Shown: positions 33,701-47,000, counted from the first letter of the stretch. The stretch is DNA of 64,000 nucleotides from Diplonema japonicum (GCA_964019335.1 OZ025682.1:372001-436000); one strand, 5' to 3'. Notes: generated by a model not told the origin, from the sequence alone. Numbers and translations: made by a program.

Positions 33701-34486
33701 AGAGTTCAAGTACACAATGGAGTGCTACGCTGCAACGAAGGAGACGAAGGCGATGCCAGGGTACGAGGGGTACGTTCCGAAGGAGTTTGCGGTGAAGACT
33801 GCTGAGCTCCGGCCTGCAGGGGAGGAGGGCGGGTGCGGGGCCGAAATGGAGTACGAGGAGTGCCGGCCGCCTGTGAAGGGTGAGAAGGTGATTGTGAACG
33901 TGACGGGGGTGGCGCCCAGCGTGTCGTCTGGATGCGACGGCGAGGGGTGCAAAGTAGGGAGCGCTGCTGTGGTGCGGAAGGGGGCCTCGTGCAGCAAGCC
34001 TGCTGCGGGGGACATCCTGATGGACGACATCGTGATGGAGGGGACGAAGGACCCCGAGGTGAAGGTCTCAAAGCCCGTGACGCTGGAGTTCGACCCCATG
34101 ACAGAGGAGTACGAGGTGTGCTACCACGCAAAGGTGTCGTCGCTTCCTGTCGATGTGAAGGAACACGTCGACACGAAACCGGCAACACTCGCAAAGGGCG
34201 CACCGAAGGACGGGTCCTCTGGTGGTGGCTCCTCCTCCTCCACAGGGGCCATCGTGGGAGGTGTGGCGGCAGGTGTTGCTGTCCTTGCTGCTGCGGGCTT
34301 TGCTGCCAAGTATGTTGAAACCCACTCACACACAACCATTACTTCCACAGGAAACTTATTGCTGGTGCTGGAAGCGGTGCTGACTTCTCCCAGACCAAGC
34401 TTGATAAGCTTGCCCCTCAAGAGCACCCTACAGAAGAGTTGGATGAGCTGAACGCCAATGTGGAAGAAGAATACTATGAACCATGA
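27775..34486 (+). CDS. Large Cys-rich type I surface protein, copy 1 (SP-PAN-LamG-C-type lectin-EGF-VWD-EGF-VWD-EGF-TM-acidic tail); exons 27775-33426, 33483-34309, 34351-34486
   Basis: Signal peptide MNMQSLLLCAAVSVASA; LamG motifs (FDGKNDY, DGEWHWVTVTY, IYVDG); C-type lectin WIGLSD...EPN...WND; VWD domains starting AWGDQHY and AWGDPHY; EGF repeats; TM GAIVGGVAAGVAVLAAAGFAA. Introns 33427-33482 and 34310-34350 restore the frame; the tail ends EEEYYEP. Confidence 0.88.
33427..33482 (+). other. Intron (56 nt), phase 0
   Basis: GTATGA...A-run...CACACACACAACAACAG contains the in-frame stop and joins LFVP|STVAARSC. The same position is used in all three copies. Confidence 0.88.
34310..34350 (+). 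other. Intron (41 nt), phase 2
   Basis: GTATGT...TCCACAG. Splicing gives a post-TM KK and an acidic tail conserved among the three copies. Confidence 0.85.
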
Positions 34487-34754
34487 GGTCTAGGATTCCT
34501 TCTTCTTCAAAGAGAATAGAAAGAAATGAAAAACAAAGTCTTGTACCTACTAGTCACACTGGGAGGACGTCAAATAGAAAGAGGAAATCCCCCCCCCTTT
34601 TTTTTTTACTCGTCCGAAATTTGTGTGCCCTCTCTCTTTTCTTTTTTTTAAATCCTCCCTCTCCCTCCCCTTCTTTTCAATGTCCTTTACTTCTCGTGTA
34701 TCTGAAGTTCTCCGCCAGGGCCAAGGAGATTCCGAGAGTAATTTTATTTTGGAC

Positions 34755-34832
34755 TAGCCACCCCGTTTGGGTACGGGGGGGCTAAAAATGAAAAAAAAAA
34801 GGTAAGCCACCCCATTTAGGTATGGGGGGCTT
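34755..34832. repeat. Two tandem copies of a GC-rich hairpin (third copy at 42884-42910)
   Basis: TAGCC-A-CCCCGT-TTGGGT-ACGGGG-G-GGCTA and AAGCC-A-CCCCAT-TTAGGT-ATGGGG-GGCTT. Confidence 0.75.
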
Positions 34833-35145
34833 TTAAAAAAAAAAAAAAAGAAAAAGAAAAAGCCTTGTTTTTCTGCTATGTACTGTTCGGGCCGCGGCCG
34901 TTGCTGGCGATCAATCCACCTGTATAAACGGCTAGTAATGAAAAGTTGATATTTTTATTTTTATTTTTCTTGCTTCTTACATGAACAGTGAGCAGCCCCA
35001 TGCACGCTGAGACTCTTTGTCGAATTTCTTTTCATAGGAAGTATGGACGATTTAGTTAACAGAATAGTCCTTGGTCTGGGAAGCGCACTTATCAACTTTC
35101 ATCCTATGCAAGCTCTTAAAAAAAAATACTGGACTTTAAAAAAAA

Positions 35146-35178
<33 letters not shown>

Positions 35179-35711
35179 GCACAGCCATAAAAAGCAATAT
35201 TGAGAATGATGACTTCAGGGAAAAAAAAAGAGGAAAAAAAAGAAAATCGGAGAACTGACAATAATGGAATCCCCCTCCATGTCTGCTCCTTTATACTCTT
35301 TTTTCTCTTTTTCCCTCCCTGTTTTTTTTTTTTTTTTTTTTTTTTGTTTTGTCTTCTTACTTCAACAACTGCTTTTGCCTGATTATTATTAGAGAGAATA
35401 ATGAAAGAAAGAAAAAAAAGAAACATGATATTACATTACACGTTTTCTTTCAAAAATACCGAATTAACCAAAAAAAACGTACAAATTCGGTAGTAAGAAA
35501 ATATTGGCGGAAAAAAAAAAAAAAAAAAAAAATCACCTCCCCAAAAACCCTTCACGTTCGCTTTCTCTCTCTGTTTTCCACAAGGGGGCGTAAAAGTTGG
35601 AATGTCCTTTCTATTTCCTTTCCCCCTCTCCTGATTTTTTCGTGTATCCTGTTGACCCTCAACACAGGCGACTCAAGGGTGCCTGAACGGTAGAAAAAAA
35701 AGAAAAAGAAA

Positions 35712-38700
35712 ATGAACATGCAATCCCTGCTGCTATGCGCAGCAGTGTCTGTCGCATCTGCGACACTGTGCTACGACACTGGCTCGTCTGAGTACATCGT
35801 GCAGCACGGGAAGGGGTGCGGGAGGGGGAGGGACTACACTCTCCCCAGTGACGCAGGGACGTACAAGGGACTCAAGGTAGTAGAAACAGCGTCCAGCGCG
35901 CTGTGCCAAAAGCTGTGCCACATGAACGAGAACTGCAAAGGGTTCGAATGGCAGACCTATGACGAGGCCACCGGTCAGCCCCTCGTGACACCAAAGTGCT
36001 CTTTTCGAACGGACACCGACACGATGGTGGACGCAGAGCACAGCACCTGCTTCAGGAAGTCTCTTGGTGGGGCGTACAAGTTCTGCGCACGTGAGGGTGG
36101 GACCTGTTCCTGCAGCACCGAGGCACGATTCGGGAAGGACGGGGCATGGGTTCACGTTCCGATCAGTGGTTCCAACACGATTGCCTGCACTGCTGAACAG
36201 TTCAACGTGAAGACAACTGAAGAAGGACGCGAGTGCCAGTGCGCTTCACACGACGGCCTCGAGCTCCTCCTCGACGCTGCGAACTACGTGAGTGGCGACG
36301 AGTGGCTTGATGAGTCGGGGAACGGACACAACGCGTACCTTGCCTTTCCTTACGAGAAGGATCAGGACACTGCTCCTGAATTCGTTCCCGGGTTCCGTGC
36401 ACCGGCACACTTCACCTTTGACGGGAAGAACGACTACATTGCACTCAAAGACATGCACTTCAGTACCGAAAAGCACCTCTCCGCCTTCTCCATCAGCATC
36501 TTGTTCCGCACAACCTGGACACACTCGAGCGTGAACAGCAACTGGGCACTCATCGACTTCGACCGCAGCGAGTTCTTCAATGTGTTCGTGCGGGCCACCG
36601 ACGGCTTCATTGGCTTCTCGTCTCACGGCAAGGATGGGACGAACGACATGCGCGGGTCAACCGTCGTGAACGACGGTGGGTGGCACTGGGTAACAGTGAC
36701 CTACAGCATGGCACAGCAGCAGAAGAGCATCTACGTGGATGGTGTTCTGGACAGTGTGAAGACTGGAGTTCACGAGACTGGCGTCGGTTCCTCGAAGACC
36801 AGGTACGGCATGGTGGGCGAGGGATCCGAGTCGAGCACCCAGTTTGGCAGTGGCAACGGCATCTACTTCCATGGTGACATTTCCCGCATTGAAATCTACA
36901 CCTCCATCCTCGACCCCAGCACCCTGACAAAGGGCACCAGCAGTGGGGTTCCTATCGGGGACAAGTCAACTTGTGATACCATCCCCGGTGGGAAGTGTGT
37001 GTGGGCCTCTGACAAGCAGAGTGACACGTACTACTTTGCCCATGCTGATGAGGAGGGTGACTCTGTGAGGTACATCACCGGTACTGACCCCACTGTCTTG
37101 TTTCCACATGCTGCCTTTACTGACATGCCCCCACAGACCACGACCGTGCGTGTCGTTCTTGAGGAGGGTTGCATGAAGGAGGACAAGCTGGAAGCGGGAT
37201 GGCTCGAAGCTGGTGTTACTTCTTCATACGACTCGTGTTCCTTGACCCTTCAAGGCCAGGCTGATGTCACCAAGTGGCAGAAGATGGTTCGTTCCATTGT
37301 GTTCTCGACAGGGTCAGAGGACTTCCATGAAAGACGCATCTCTTGGAACTTCGGTGATCAGATCTACAGCAGCGAGACTGGGCACTATTACCAATTCCTC
37401 CATCATGCTGGTGTCACGTGGCACGAGGCGAAAGATCTATGTGAGAAGACACCGCTGCTCGGTCAGCCAGGGTACCTTGTGACTGTGACGTCTGCGATCG
37501 AGAACAATGTGGTGAAAACACGTCTGCACGGCGAGGGGTGGATCGGTCTGTCTGATGCCGAGACTGAGGGTGAATGGCGTTGGGTGACTGGGCCCGAAGG
37601 TCTTGAGGACAGTGGAAAAGGGCGCATTGTTGGGTACGGGACACGCGACTTCAAACCGCACCACGGAGAGTTCAGTCAATGGGCAGGTGGTGAACCCAAT
37701 GATTATGGGGACAATGAGGACTACGGGCACTACCTCGCCAGCGGTGACTGGAATGACTACCCTGAGGACAAGAACAAGATCCAGGGATACGTGTGCGAGT
37801 GGGGCGGTCTTGGTGGCGCCCCTGTGGCTGACCCGTACCACGGCACGGTGATGGTCCGCTTGGAGGGGTGCATTGTGAAGCCATGCAACCATGACAAGAA
37901 GAACTACTGCCTCAGGGAGAAGGGGTGCAGCTGGAGCACCGGAAGTGCCACATGCTACCCAACCTGTCCTGACAACTACTTCTCTGAGCTGTGCAATGTT
38001 TACTGCCACCCCAAGGAGACGTGCTCTGGGAAGGGGAAGTGCAACAACGATGGTAAGTGCACATGTGACAAGGAATGGGGTGGCCCGACGTGCAGCTGGC
38101 CCCGTCACCAGTGCAAGGCTTGGGGTGACCCGCACTACACCAGCTTCGACGAGGAGAGGTTCGACTTCCACGGAGTTCCGCAGTCCACAAACCTTGGTAA
38201 CCCTGTCGGGCGCTTTGTTGTGTACGAGAGGGGAAGCTACAAGATCATCGCACAGCACTACAGATGCAGTGGGACAGACAAGCGCCCCATCGGGTGCATG
38301 AAGCAGATCCGCTTTGTGGCAGGTGCATGGAGCATGGAGATCAATGTGGACTTCGGGCAGTCGCCTTCCGAGTATGGTATCATCCATGTTTCGAATGGCA
38401 CGAGTTCCTACAACGTGGATGCAGTGGCTATGAAAAAGTCGGACGGTATCCCTATGTTGATTGGTGATGTGGCCCTTGTGAAAGTTTACCCTTCGAAGAA
38501 GCGTGTGACTTACACCTTTGAGCTTCCCAACGAAAACGACATCCACACGAGGGTGAAGCTGGCGCAGGACAACTCGTGGAGGGCACCTTACATGAATATC
38601 TATGTGGACCACTTCGGAAGCACCCATGGTGTGAGCGGTCTGTGCACTGGGTCGTGTGACAGCTCGGTAACAACGACAGGATGGGGCAAGGACTGCACGG

Positions 38701-41700
38701 AACCCTTTGCCGATCAGTTCGACTGCCAGGGGCCTGACTGTAATTTCGGGACTGTTATCCGTGACGCTGACATCAAGTTCTGCCAAGGCCTCCCCATGGG
38801 ACAGGGTGGGTGCAAGGTAAACAACGAGGGCTGCGACAACAACATGGTTGCGTTGGACTGGGCACGCTCCTGCTGTGATAAATTCAAATCTTGTGGTGGC
38901 GAGGACCAGTACAAGCAGTGTGTGGTGGAGAACTGCAACATGGGGTGGGTCGGCGAGGAGAAGTACTCAAAATGTGCTGACGCTTTCCAGGGTGTCCTGC
39001 TCGAGAGCCGTGAGTGTGAACGTGAGATTTGCACGCAAGGGAAAAACCGAGGCGGTCCTGACTGCAACGAATGCCTCCCCGACTACTACGGCCCGGACTG
39101 TGATAAGTATTGCAACAATGAAATCACGTGCAACGGCCATGGGACTTGCAACGGACAGGGAAAGTGCTGGTGTGAGAAAGGCTTCTGGTCCAAAGACGTC
39201 AAAAACGGGAGGTACTGTTTGCATGTGTGTGAAGCGCAGAGCTCGAAGGTGAAGTGTGACGCACGTGGTAAAACATGCAGGTGGAGCACTGCTGAGAGCC
39301 GTTGCATGAAGGCCTGTCCAAAGGGGTACTTCGGACTGAACTGCAAGACAGCTTGCGACCCAAAGACCACTTGCTCCAATCACGGGAGCTGTGACAAAGA
39401 TGGAAAGTGCGTGTGCAAAGTTGGATGGGGTGGAGAGGACTGTGGGATGGGGAAGTACACCTGCAGTGCTTGGGGTGACCCGCACTACACAAGCTTCGAA
39501 GGGAAGAGGTTTGACTTCTTTGGACCTGGCTACGAAATGGTCGGTGGGCAGAAGAAAGACATCGAGTACGAGCTGTACGGGAAGGGGTCCCTGCATGTTC
39601 AAGCAAGGCACTGGAAGTGTAACAGCAGAGCAACCTGCATGGGGAAGCTCTCAATCTGGGATGAACGTGGTGGTACTGTAGAGATGCGCATCGATGGGTC
39701 GCTGAGGGTGAACTGCACAGAGTACAGCTCCGCACAGGTTCAAGAGATGCTCCGCTTCGGCGACTGGGTGGTTCTCCCCAGGAACTGCAATGGGAACACA
39801 TCATGTGAAGAGGTATCACCGCTTCGCCTCACTGCGGCGAAAAAGACCAATCTCGGGAAGGGCAAGGCACCCTCGTTCTTCTTCGAAGTCTCGAAGGTGA
39901 AGAATAACATGAACGGAGAGACGGATATTGAACCGGAGCTCAAGATTGACCTCTCAACACGTACCAAAGCTATTGATGTTTATTTGACACACTTCGGTGA
40001 CCACCCTGTGAAGGAAGGCGTGGTGGGGCTCTGTCACGGCAAGCCTGGGAGCGGGAAGCCTGGCACTGGTGAACCTGGTTGCTTCACGGATGAGCCGAAG
40101 AACTGCCAACAAGGCGGCACGCCACCTTACGGACACTGCAGAACGGGACCTCCCAGGTGTGCTGTGGTAAACCCCCCCACCTGTTGGAGTGGTGTTCCTG
40201 ACTCAGAGTGTGGCTTTTGTGACACGGACAACAAGCCCGATCCGCCCATGACGATCTGGAGGTGCGACGACCCTGCCTCGAAGCTGCAGGTGGAGGAGTG
40301 TTGCAAGCAACGCAAGTCGTGCAAGGATGGGAATGGGGATGGGAACGGGGGGAGCGCGTACGAGCAGTGTGTTTGGGACGAGTGTGCACTCGGGGAAGAC
40401 AACAAGTGTCTGGACAACCATGGGGCGGCCCTCGCCTTCGACGACCAGTCGATGGAGGAGTCGTGTGCGTGCGAGGACCCCCACATGGCGATCGATTACG
40501 AGACGGGACTCTGCACCGCCTGCAAGCCCGGTTGGTACCCAGGGAACGGGAAGCAGTGTGCAAAGTTCTGTGATGCTGCTGTGACGTGCAACAACCATGG
40601 GTCGTGTGATGGTGGTGGCTACTGCTGGTGCGACGAGGGATATGAGGGGGACGAGTGTCTCGCATTCAACGGTGTCCCTCCTCAGAGCAAGGCTTGTGCG
40701 GACCAGGGGGACATGCAGTCGTGTGATGGGGTAACTGGCTGCATGTGGGCTGACGAAATACTTGCCTGTTTCAGGAAGACCGGCAAGACGACAAAGCAGT
40801 GCTGGGAGTACTTCAACGAGGCGGAATGTGGCTCAGGGGGGTGCTTCTGGGAGACGAGGGAAAAGGAGGAATGGCTGGAAGGCACGTGCGTTGTGTCGCG
40901 CCCTCCCCGTGAAGTGATCCCGACCGACTGCGGCGACAACTGCCCACAGTGGTTCACACCTGTGAAGGGGAATGTGCAGAAGCTCGGATGTCTCGAAGAT
41001 GAGTGCACACCGCCTCGGGAGGGTGACAAGGTGTTCGTGAACGTGACGGGCTTCCCTTCGAACAAGGTGTTCCAGCCATCGTGTGCAGCAGCCGCCGAAG
41101 CCATGCTTCAGGGGAAGACCACTGAGGAGCAGCAGCTGTGCCAGGACGGCTGGGCACTTGTGATTGACAGCAGCACTTCGTGCGATACCTTTTACGATCA
41201 GAAGATAACCTCGGAGATGCCCTACCCCACAAGGGTGTATCGCAGCTACTATCTCAACGAGACGACAAGGGTGTCGCCCCTTGTGTCCCACTGGGACCAC
41301 CAAGACGAGAACCTTCACGGGTACAAGATCTGCTACGTCCCTCTGAGGCCCGCAAACGCGGACCCCAAACTCTTTGTGCCGGTATGATTTCGAATCTAAA
41401 CTTTAAAAAAAAAAAAAAAACACACACACAACAACAGTCCACCGTTGCAGCCAGGTCGTGCCCTGGGAATTATGACTTTGACCCGAGAGGTGAGTGCACC
41501 ACCTGCAAGGATGGGTGGTATGGAGTGGAATGCAACGTGTACTGCACGGCGCAGTCCTCCTGCCACGGCCACGGGACGTGCAAGGAAATCCCCAGGAGCG
41601 GAGACGTGTGCACGTGCGATTCCGGGTGGGTGGACGAGGTGGGGATGGCCGAGGAAGAGTTCAAGTACACAATGGAGTGCTACGCTGCAACGAAGGAGAC

Positions 41701-42441
41701 GAAGGCGATGCCAGGGTACGAGGGGTACGTTCCGAAGGAGTTTGCGGTGAAGACTGCTGAGCTCCGGCCTGCAGGGGAGGAGGGCGGGTGCGGGGCCGAA
41801 ATGGAGTACGAGGAGTGCCGGCCGCCTGTGAAGGGTGAGAAGGTGATTGTGAACGTGACGGGGGTGGCGCCCAGCGTGTCGTCTGGATGCGACGGCGAGG
41901 GGTGCAAAGTAGGGAGCGCTGCTGTGGTGCGGAAGGGGGCCTCGTGCAGCAAGCCTGCTGCGGGGGACATCCTGATGGACGACATCGTGATGGAGGGGAC
42001 GAAGGACCCCGAGGTGAAGGTCTCAAAGCCCGTGACGCTGGAGTTCGACCCCATGACAGAGGAGTACGAGGTGTGCTACCACGCAAAGGTGTCGTCGCTT
42101 CCTGTCGATGTGAAGGAACACGTCGACACGAAACCGGCAACACTCGCAAAGGGCGCACCGAAGGACGGGTCCTCTGGTGGTGGCTCCTCCTCCTCCACAG
42201 GGGCCATCGTGGGAGGTGTGGCGGCAGGTGTTGCTGTCCTTGCTGCTGCGGGCTTTGCTGCCAAGTATGTTGAAACCCACTCACACACAACCATTACTTC
42301 CACAGGAAACTTATTGCTGGTGCTGGAAGCGGTGCTGACTTCTCCCAGACCAAGCTTGATAAGCTTGCCCCTCAAGAGCACCCTACAGAGGAGTTGGATG
42401 AGCTGAACGCCAATGTGGAAGAAGAATACTATGAACCATAA
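35712..42441 (+). CDS. Large Cys-rich type I surface protein, copy 2; exons 35712-41381, 41438-42264, 42306-42441
   Basis: Near-identical paralogue of copy 1 with patchy differences. Introns 41382-41437 and 42265-42305; TAA stop. Confidence 0.88.
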
Positions 42442-42883
42442 GATCTGTGGCTTATCGCCATTTGTTTTAATTGTGTGTTTGTGTTTTTATTGTCTCCCTA
42501 TGAAATATCATGATAATCCTGTAATTCTATTAGCGAGATGAAAAGAAAAAAAGAGAAAAAAAATAGTCCCCCACCCCCGCTTCACTACTTCCCATTTCCC
42601 TTATTTTGAACTTTTTCCTTTGCCTTTGTTGGTTTCTTGGTTGAAAAATAAAAAGAAAAAAAGAAAAGAAAAAGAAAAGCAAGGCAGAGCCTAGAGGATG
42701 GGATGTCGTGGATCACTTCTATTCTTTTAAGATTGCTTGTCTAAAATATGCTTGGTTTAGAGTGCAAGAGTGCAAGAGGCTTGCTTAGGGAAAGTGTTTT
42801 TGTTTATTGATGAACATGACAACTTTCTACTGATTTTTTATTTTATTTTTTATGATTTATACTTTCTTCATCTTGTGTAGGCT

Positions 42884-42910
42884 AGTCACCCCATTTAGGT
42901 ATGGGGGACT
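42884..42910. repeat. Third copy of the GC-rich hairpin
   Basis: AGTC-A-CCCCAT-TTAGGT-ATGGGG-GACT. Confidence 0.75.
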
Positions 42911-43138
42911 TACCAAAAGGCCTGAAAAGCGAGATTTTATTCTATACCAGCGTTGAGATCTTTGGTCGTTGGACATCGAAAAGAACAAAAAAAAAAAGGA
43001 AAAAAAAAAGAAGAAAAAAAACTCTATTTGAAAAAAAAAAAAAAAAAAAAATGAAAAGGAATATGAGCAGCCTAACTATTATACTGGTTTGCTTTCCATC
43101 CTATGAAGGAAAGTTTTTTTTTTCTTCTTTTTTTTTTT

Positions 43139-43325
43139 GGTGACGAACAAGCTGCACGGGCTCAGAATCTTGGTACCAGGGGCGCCATGGCTGGGGTAGA
43201 GTTGCACACCGCACGCATTATGGACACAACGCGGAACGCGGAAGGAGCTACAGCTAGGCCGAGGCGCGCCCCCTGTAATCAAGTAGACAATGCTTGAGCA
43301 GGGCGCCCTGCAGGCACCCTTAAAT
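43139..43325 (+). repeat. ~190-bp dispersed GC-rich repeat, copy A
   Basis: Aligns to the reverse complement of 59004-59200 (shared blocks CAGAATCTTGGT, GCACACCGCACGCATTA, GCTACAGCTAGGCCGAGG, GCCCCCTGTAATCAAGTA). Confidence 0.85.
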
Positions 43326-44088
43326 AGTCTTTTTTTTTCTTTTTCTTTTTTTTTTGCTTTGCGATCAAATTTTACGAAACTGGAACTTTAAAAAAAGAAA
43401 GAAGGAAAAAAAAAAAATACTGTACTTAAAAACCTTGTTTAAGCACAGCCATAAAAAGCGATTGGAAAAGAAGAAAAAGAAGACAATCCGAAAAGGAAAA
43501 AAAAAAAAAAAAACAGTCGAGGAATAGATGTATTTTCTCCGTGCTTTCTTCTTCATTTTGTTGGTTTTAAAATAAGTAGGGCAATTGCGTGGGGAGGAGG
43601 GCTGCACGTGGAGGAGTGCAAGATGAGTCTGAAGCTGAGAGATGTCTAGATACCTTTCCTCCCCACCAGCTCTTGTACAGACCCTAAAATAATTTCGAAA
43701 TTTATTTTAAAATACCGTATATCGCTTTTGCTTGATTATTATAAGAATTTAAAAGATCCCCCCCTACTCCCCTCCCCCTCGTTTCCTCATTCTCTTTGAA
43801 TAGAAAGAAACTCTAAACCAAAAAAAAAAAAGCTTTTTATTGGTTGTTTTCCAATATCGCTCCCCACCACCACCCCCGTTCGCTTCTTTCTCCCTGTTAT
43901 TTCTTTGTTGAAAACAGTTTTTTTTATTTTTTATTTTTTCTTGCTTTTTACAAACGTCATTCATCCCTGACCACCCTAACACAGGCGACTCAAAGGGGGA
44001 GAGGGGGTGGGGAATACATAAGACACCCCCAGCCGTAGCGGTAAAAAAAGAAAAAAAAGAAAACGAAAAGAAGAAAAAACCAATATTG

Positions 44089-47000
44089 ATGGTTGTGCGA
44101 TCCCTGCTGCTATGCGCAGCAGTGTCTGTCGCATCTGCGACACTGTGCTACGACACTGGCTCGTCTGAGTACATCGTGCAGCACGGGAAGGGGTGCGGGA
44201 GGGGGAGGGACTACACTCTCCCCAGTGACGTAGGGACGTACAAGGGACTCAAGGTAGTAGAAACAGCGTCCAGCGCGCTGTGCCAAAAGCTGTGCCACAT
44301 GAACGAGAAATGCAAAGGGTTCGAATGGCAGACCTATGACGAGGCCACCGGTCAGCCCCTCGTGACACCAAAGTGCCTCTTCCGACGAGACACCGACACC
44401 ACTGTGGACGCAGAGCACAGCACCTGCTTCAGGAAGTCTCTTGGTGGGGCGTACAAGTTCTGCGCACGTGAGGGTGGGACCTGTTCCTGCAGCACCGAGG
44501 CACGATTCGGGAAGGACGGGGCATGGGTTCACGTTCCGATCAGTGGTTCCAACACGATTGCCTGCACTGCTGAACAGTTCAACGTGAAGACAACTGAAGA
44601 CGGACGCGAGTGCCAGTGCTCTGCGCACGACGGCCTCGAGCTCCTCCTCGACGCTGCGAACTACATCGACGGCGACGAGTGGCTTGATGAGTCGGGGAAC
44701 GGACACAACGCGTACCTTGCCTTTCCTTACGAGAAGGATCAGGACACTGCTCCTGAATTCGTTCCCGGGTTCCGTGCACCGGCACACTTCACCTTTGACG
44801 GGAAGAACGACTACATTGCACTCAAAGACATGCACTTCAGTACCGAAAAACGCCTCTCCGCCTTCTCCATCAGCATCTTGTTCCGCACAACCTGGACACA
44901 CCAAAACGTGAACAGCAACTGGGCACTCATCGACTTCGACCGCAGCGAGTTCTTCAATGTGTTCGTGCGGGCCACCGACGGCTTCATTGGCTTCTCGTCT
45001 CACGGCAAGGATGGGACGAACGACATGCGCGGGTCAACCGTCGTGAACGACGGTGGGTGGCACTGGGTAACAGTGACCTACAGCATGGCACAGCAGCAGA
45101 AGAGCATCTACGTGGATGGTGTTCTGGACAGTGTGAAGACTGGAGTTCACGAGACTGGCGTCGGTTCCTCGAAGACCAGGTACGGCATGGTGGGCGAGGG
45201 ATCCGAGTCGAGCACCCAGTTTGGCAGTGGCAACGGCATCTACTTCCATGGTGACATTTCCCGCATTGAAATCTACACCTCCATCCTCGACCCCAGCACC
45301 CTGACAAAGGGCACCAGCAGTGGGGTTCCTATCGGGGACAAGTCAACTTGTGATACCATCCCCGGTGGGAAGTGCGAATGGACCTCTGGCCTACAGAAGG
45401 ACACGTACTACTTTGCCCATGCTGATGAGGAGGGTGACTCTGTGAGGTACGTCGTCGGTTCCGACCCCACTGTCTTGTTTTCCAATGTTTCTTTTACTGA
45501 CATGCCCCCACAGACCACGACCGTGCGTGTCGTTCTTGAGGAGGGTTGCATGAAGGAGGACAAGCTGGAAGCGGGATGGCTCGAAGCTGGTGTTACTTCT
45601 TCATACGACTCATGTTCCTTGACCCTTCAAGGCCAGGCTGATGTCACCAAGTGGCAGAAGATGGTTCGTTCCATTGTGTTCTCGACAGGGTCAGAGGACT
45701 TCCATGAAAGACGCATCTCTTGGAACTTCGGTGATCAGATCTACAGCAGTGAGACTGGGCACTATTATCAATTCCTCCGCATGAAAGGGATTACGTGGAA
45801 CGAGGCGAAAAATCTATGTGAGAAGACACTGCTGCAGGGTCAGCCAGGGTACCTTGTGACTGTGACGTCTGCGATCGAGAACGATTTGGTGAAAACACGT
45901 CTGCACGGAGAGGGGTGGATCGGTCTGTCTGATGCCGAGACTGAGGGTGAATGGCGTTGGGTGACTGGGCCCGAAGGTCTTGAGGACAGTGGAAAAGGGC
46001 GCATTGTTGGGTACGGGACACGCGACTTTAAACCGCACCACGGAGAGTTCAGTGAATGGGAAGCTGGCGAGCCCAATGATTATGCAGGCAATGAAGACTA
46101 CGGGCACTACCTTGTAAATGGCTTCTGGAATGATTATTCTGAGGACAAGAGCAACCTCCAGGGTTGTGTCTGCGAGTGGGGCGGTCTTGGTGGCGCTTCT
46201 TTTGTGCAACCATACCAAGGTACGGTGATGGTCCGCTTGGAGGGGTGCATGGTAAAGCCATGCAACCATGACAAGAAGAACTACTGCCTCAGGGAGAAGG
46301 GGTGCAGCTGGAGCACCGCGAGCTCAGTGTGCTACCCAACCTGTCCTGACAACTACTTCTCTGAACTGTGCAATGTTTACTGCCACCCCAAGGAGACGTG
46401 CTCTGGGAAGGGGAAGTGCAACAACGACGGTAAATGTCTGTGCAGTAAGGAATGGGGTGGCCCGACATGCAGCTGGCCCCGTCACCAGTGCAAGGCTTGG
46501 GGTGACCCGCACTACACCAGCTTCGACGAGGAGAGGTTCGACTTCCACGGAGTTCCGCAGTCCACAAACCTTGGTAACCCTGTCGGGCGCTTTGTTGTGT
46601 ACGAGAGGGGAAGCTACAAGATCATCGCACAGCACTACAGATGCAGTGGGACAGACAAGCGCCCCATCGGGTGCATGAAGCAGATCCGCTTTGTGGCAGG
46701 TGCATGGAGCATGGAGATCAATGTGGACTTCGGGCAGTCGCCTTCCGAGTATGGTATCATCCATGTTTCGAATGGCACGAGTTCCTACAACGTGGATGCA
46801 GTGGCTATGAAAAAAGCAGATAGTCTCCCTATGTTGATTGGTGATGTGGCCCTTGTCGATGCACGTCCTTCGAAGAAGCGTGTGACGTACACCTTTGAGC
46901 TTCCCAACGAAAACGACATCCACACGAGGGTGAAGCTGGCGCAGGACAACTCGTGGAGGGCACCTTACATGAATATCTATGTGGACCACTTCGGAAGCAC

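Noticed and set aside
34938-35102. 13-14 bp inverted repeat (ATGAAAAGTTGATA / TATCAACTTTCAT) as a small MITE
   Set aside because: Short, AT-rich and imperfect, with no TSD and no second copy in the window.
35206-35258. Box C/D snoRNA-like ATGATGA...CTGA
   Set aside because: The interior is mostly an A-run with no plausible guide or terminal stem.
37437-38786. Long antisense ORFs inside real genes (also 29506-30456, 48574-49794, 17717-18598)
   Set aside because: They are shadows of sense-strand codon bias, have no motifs, and their lengths vary between paralogues.
27775-42441. Receptor copies 1 and 2 as a pure assembly duplication
   Set aside because: They differ in many clustered coding patches, in stop codon (TGA vs TAA) and in flanking spacers. 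Local consensus mixing still cannot be excluded without reads.
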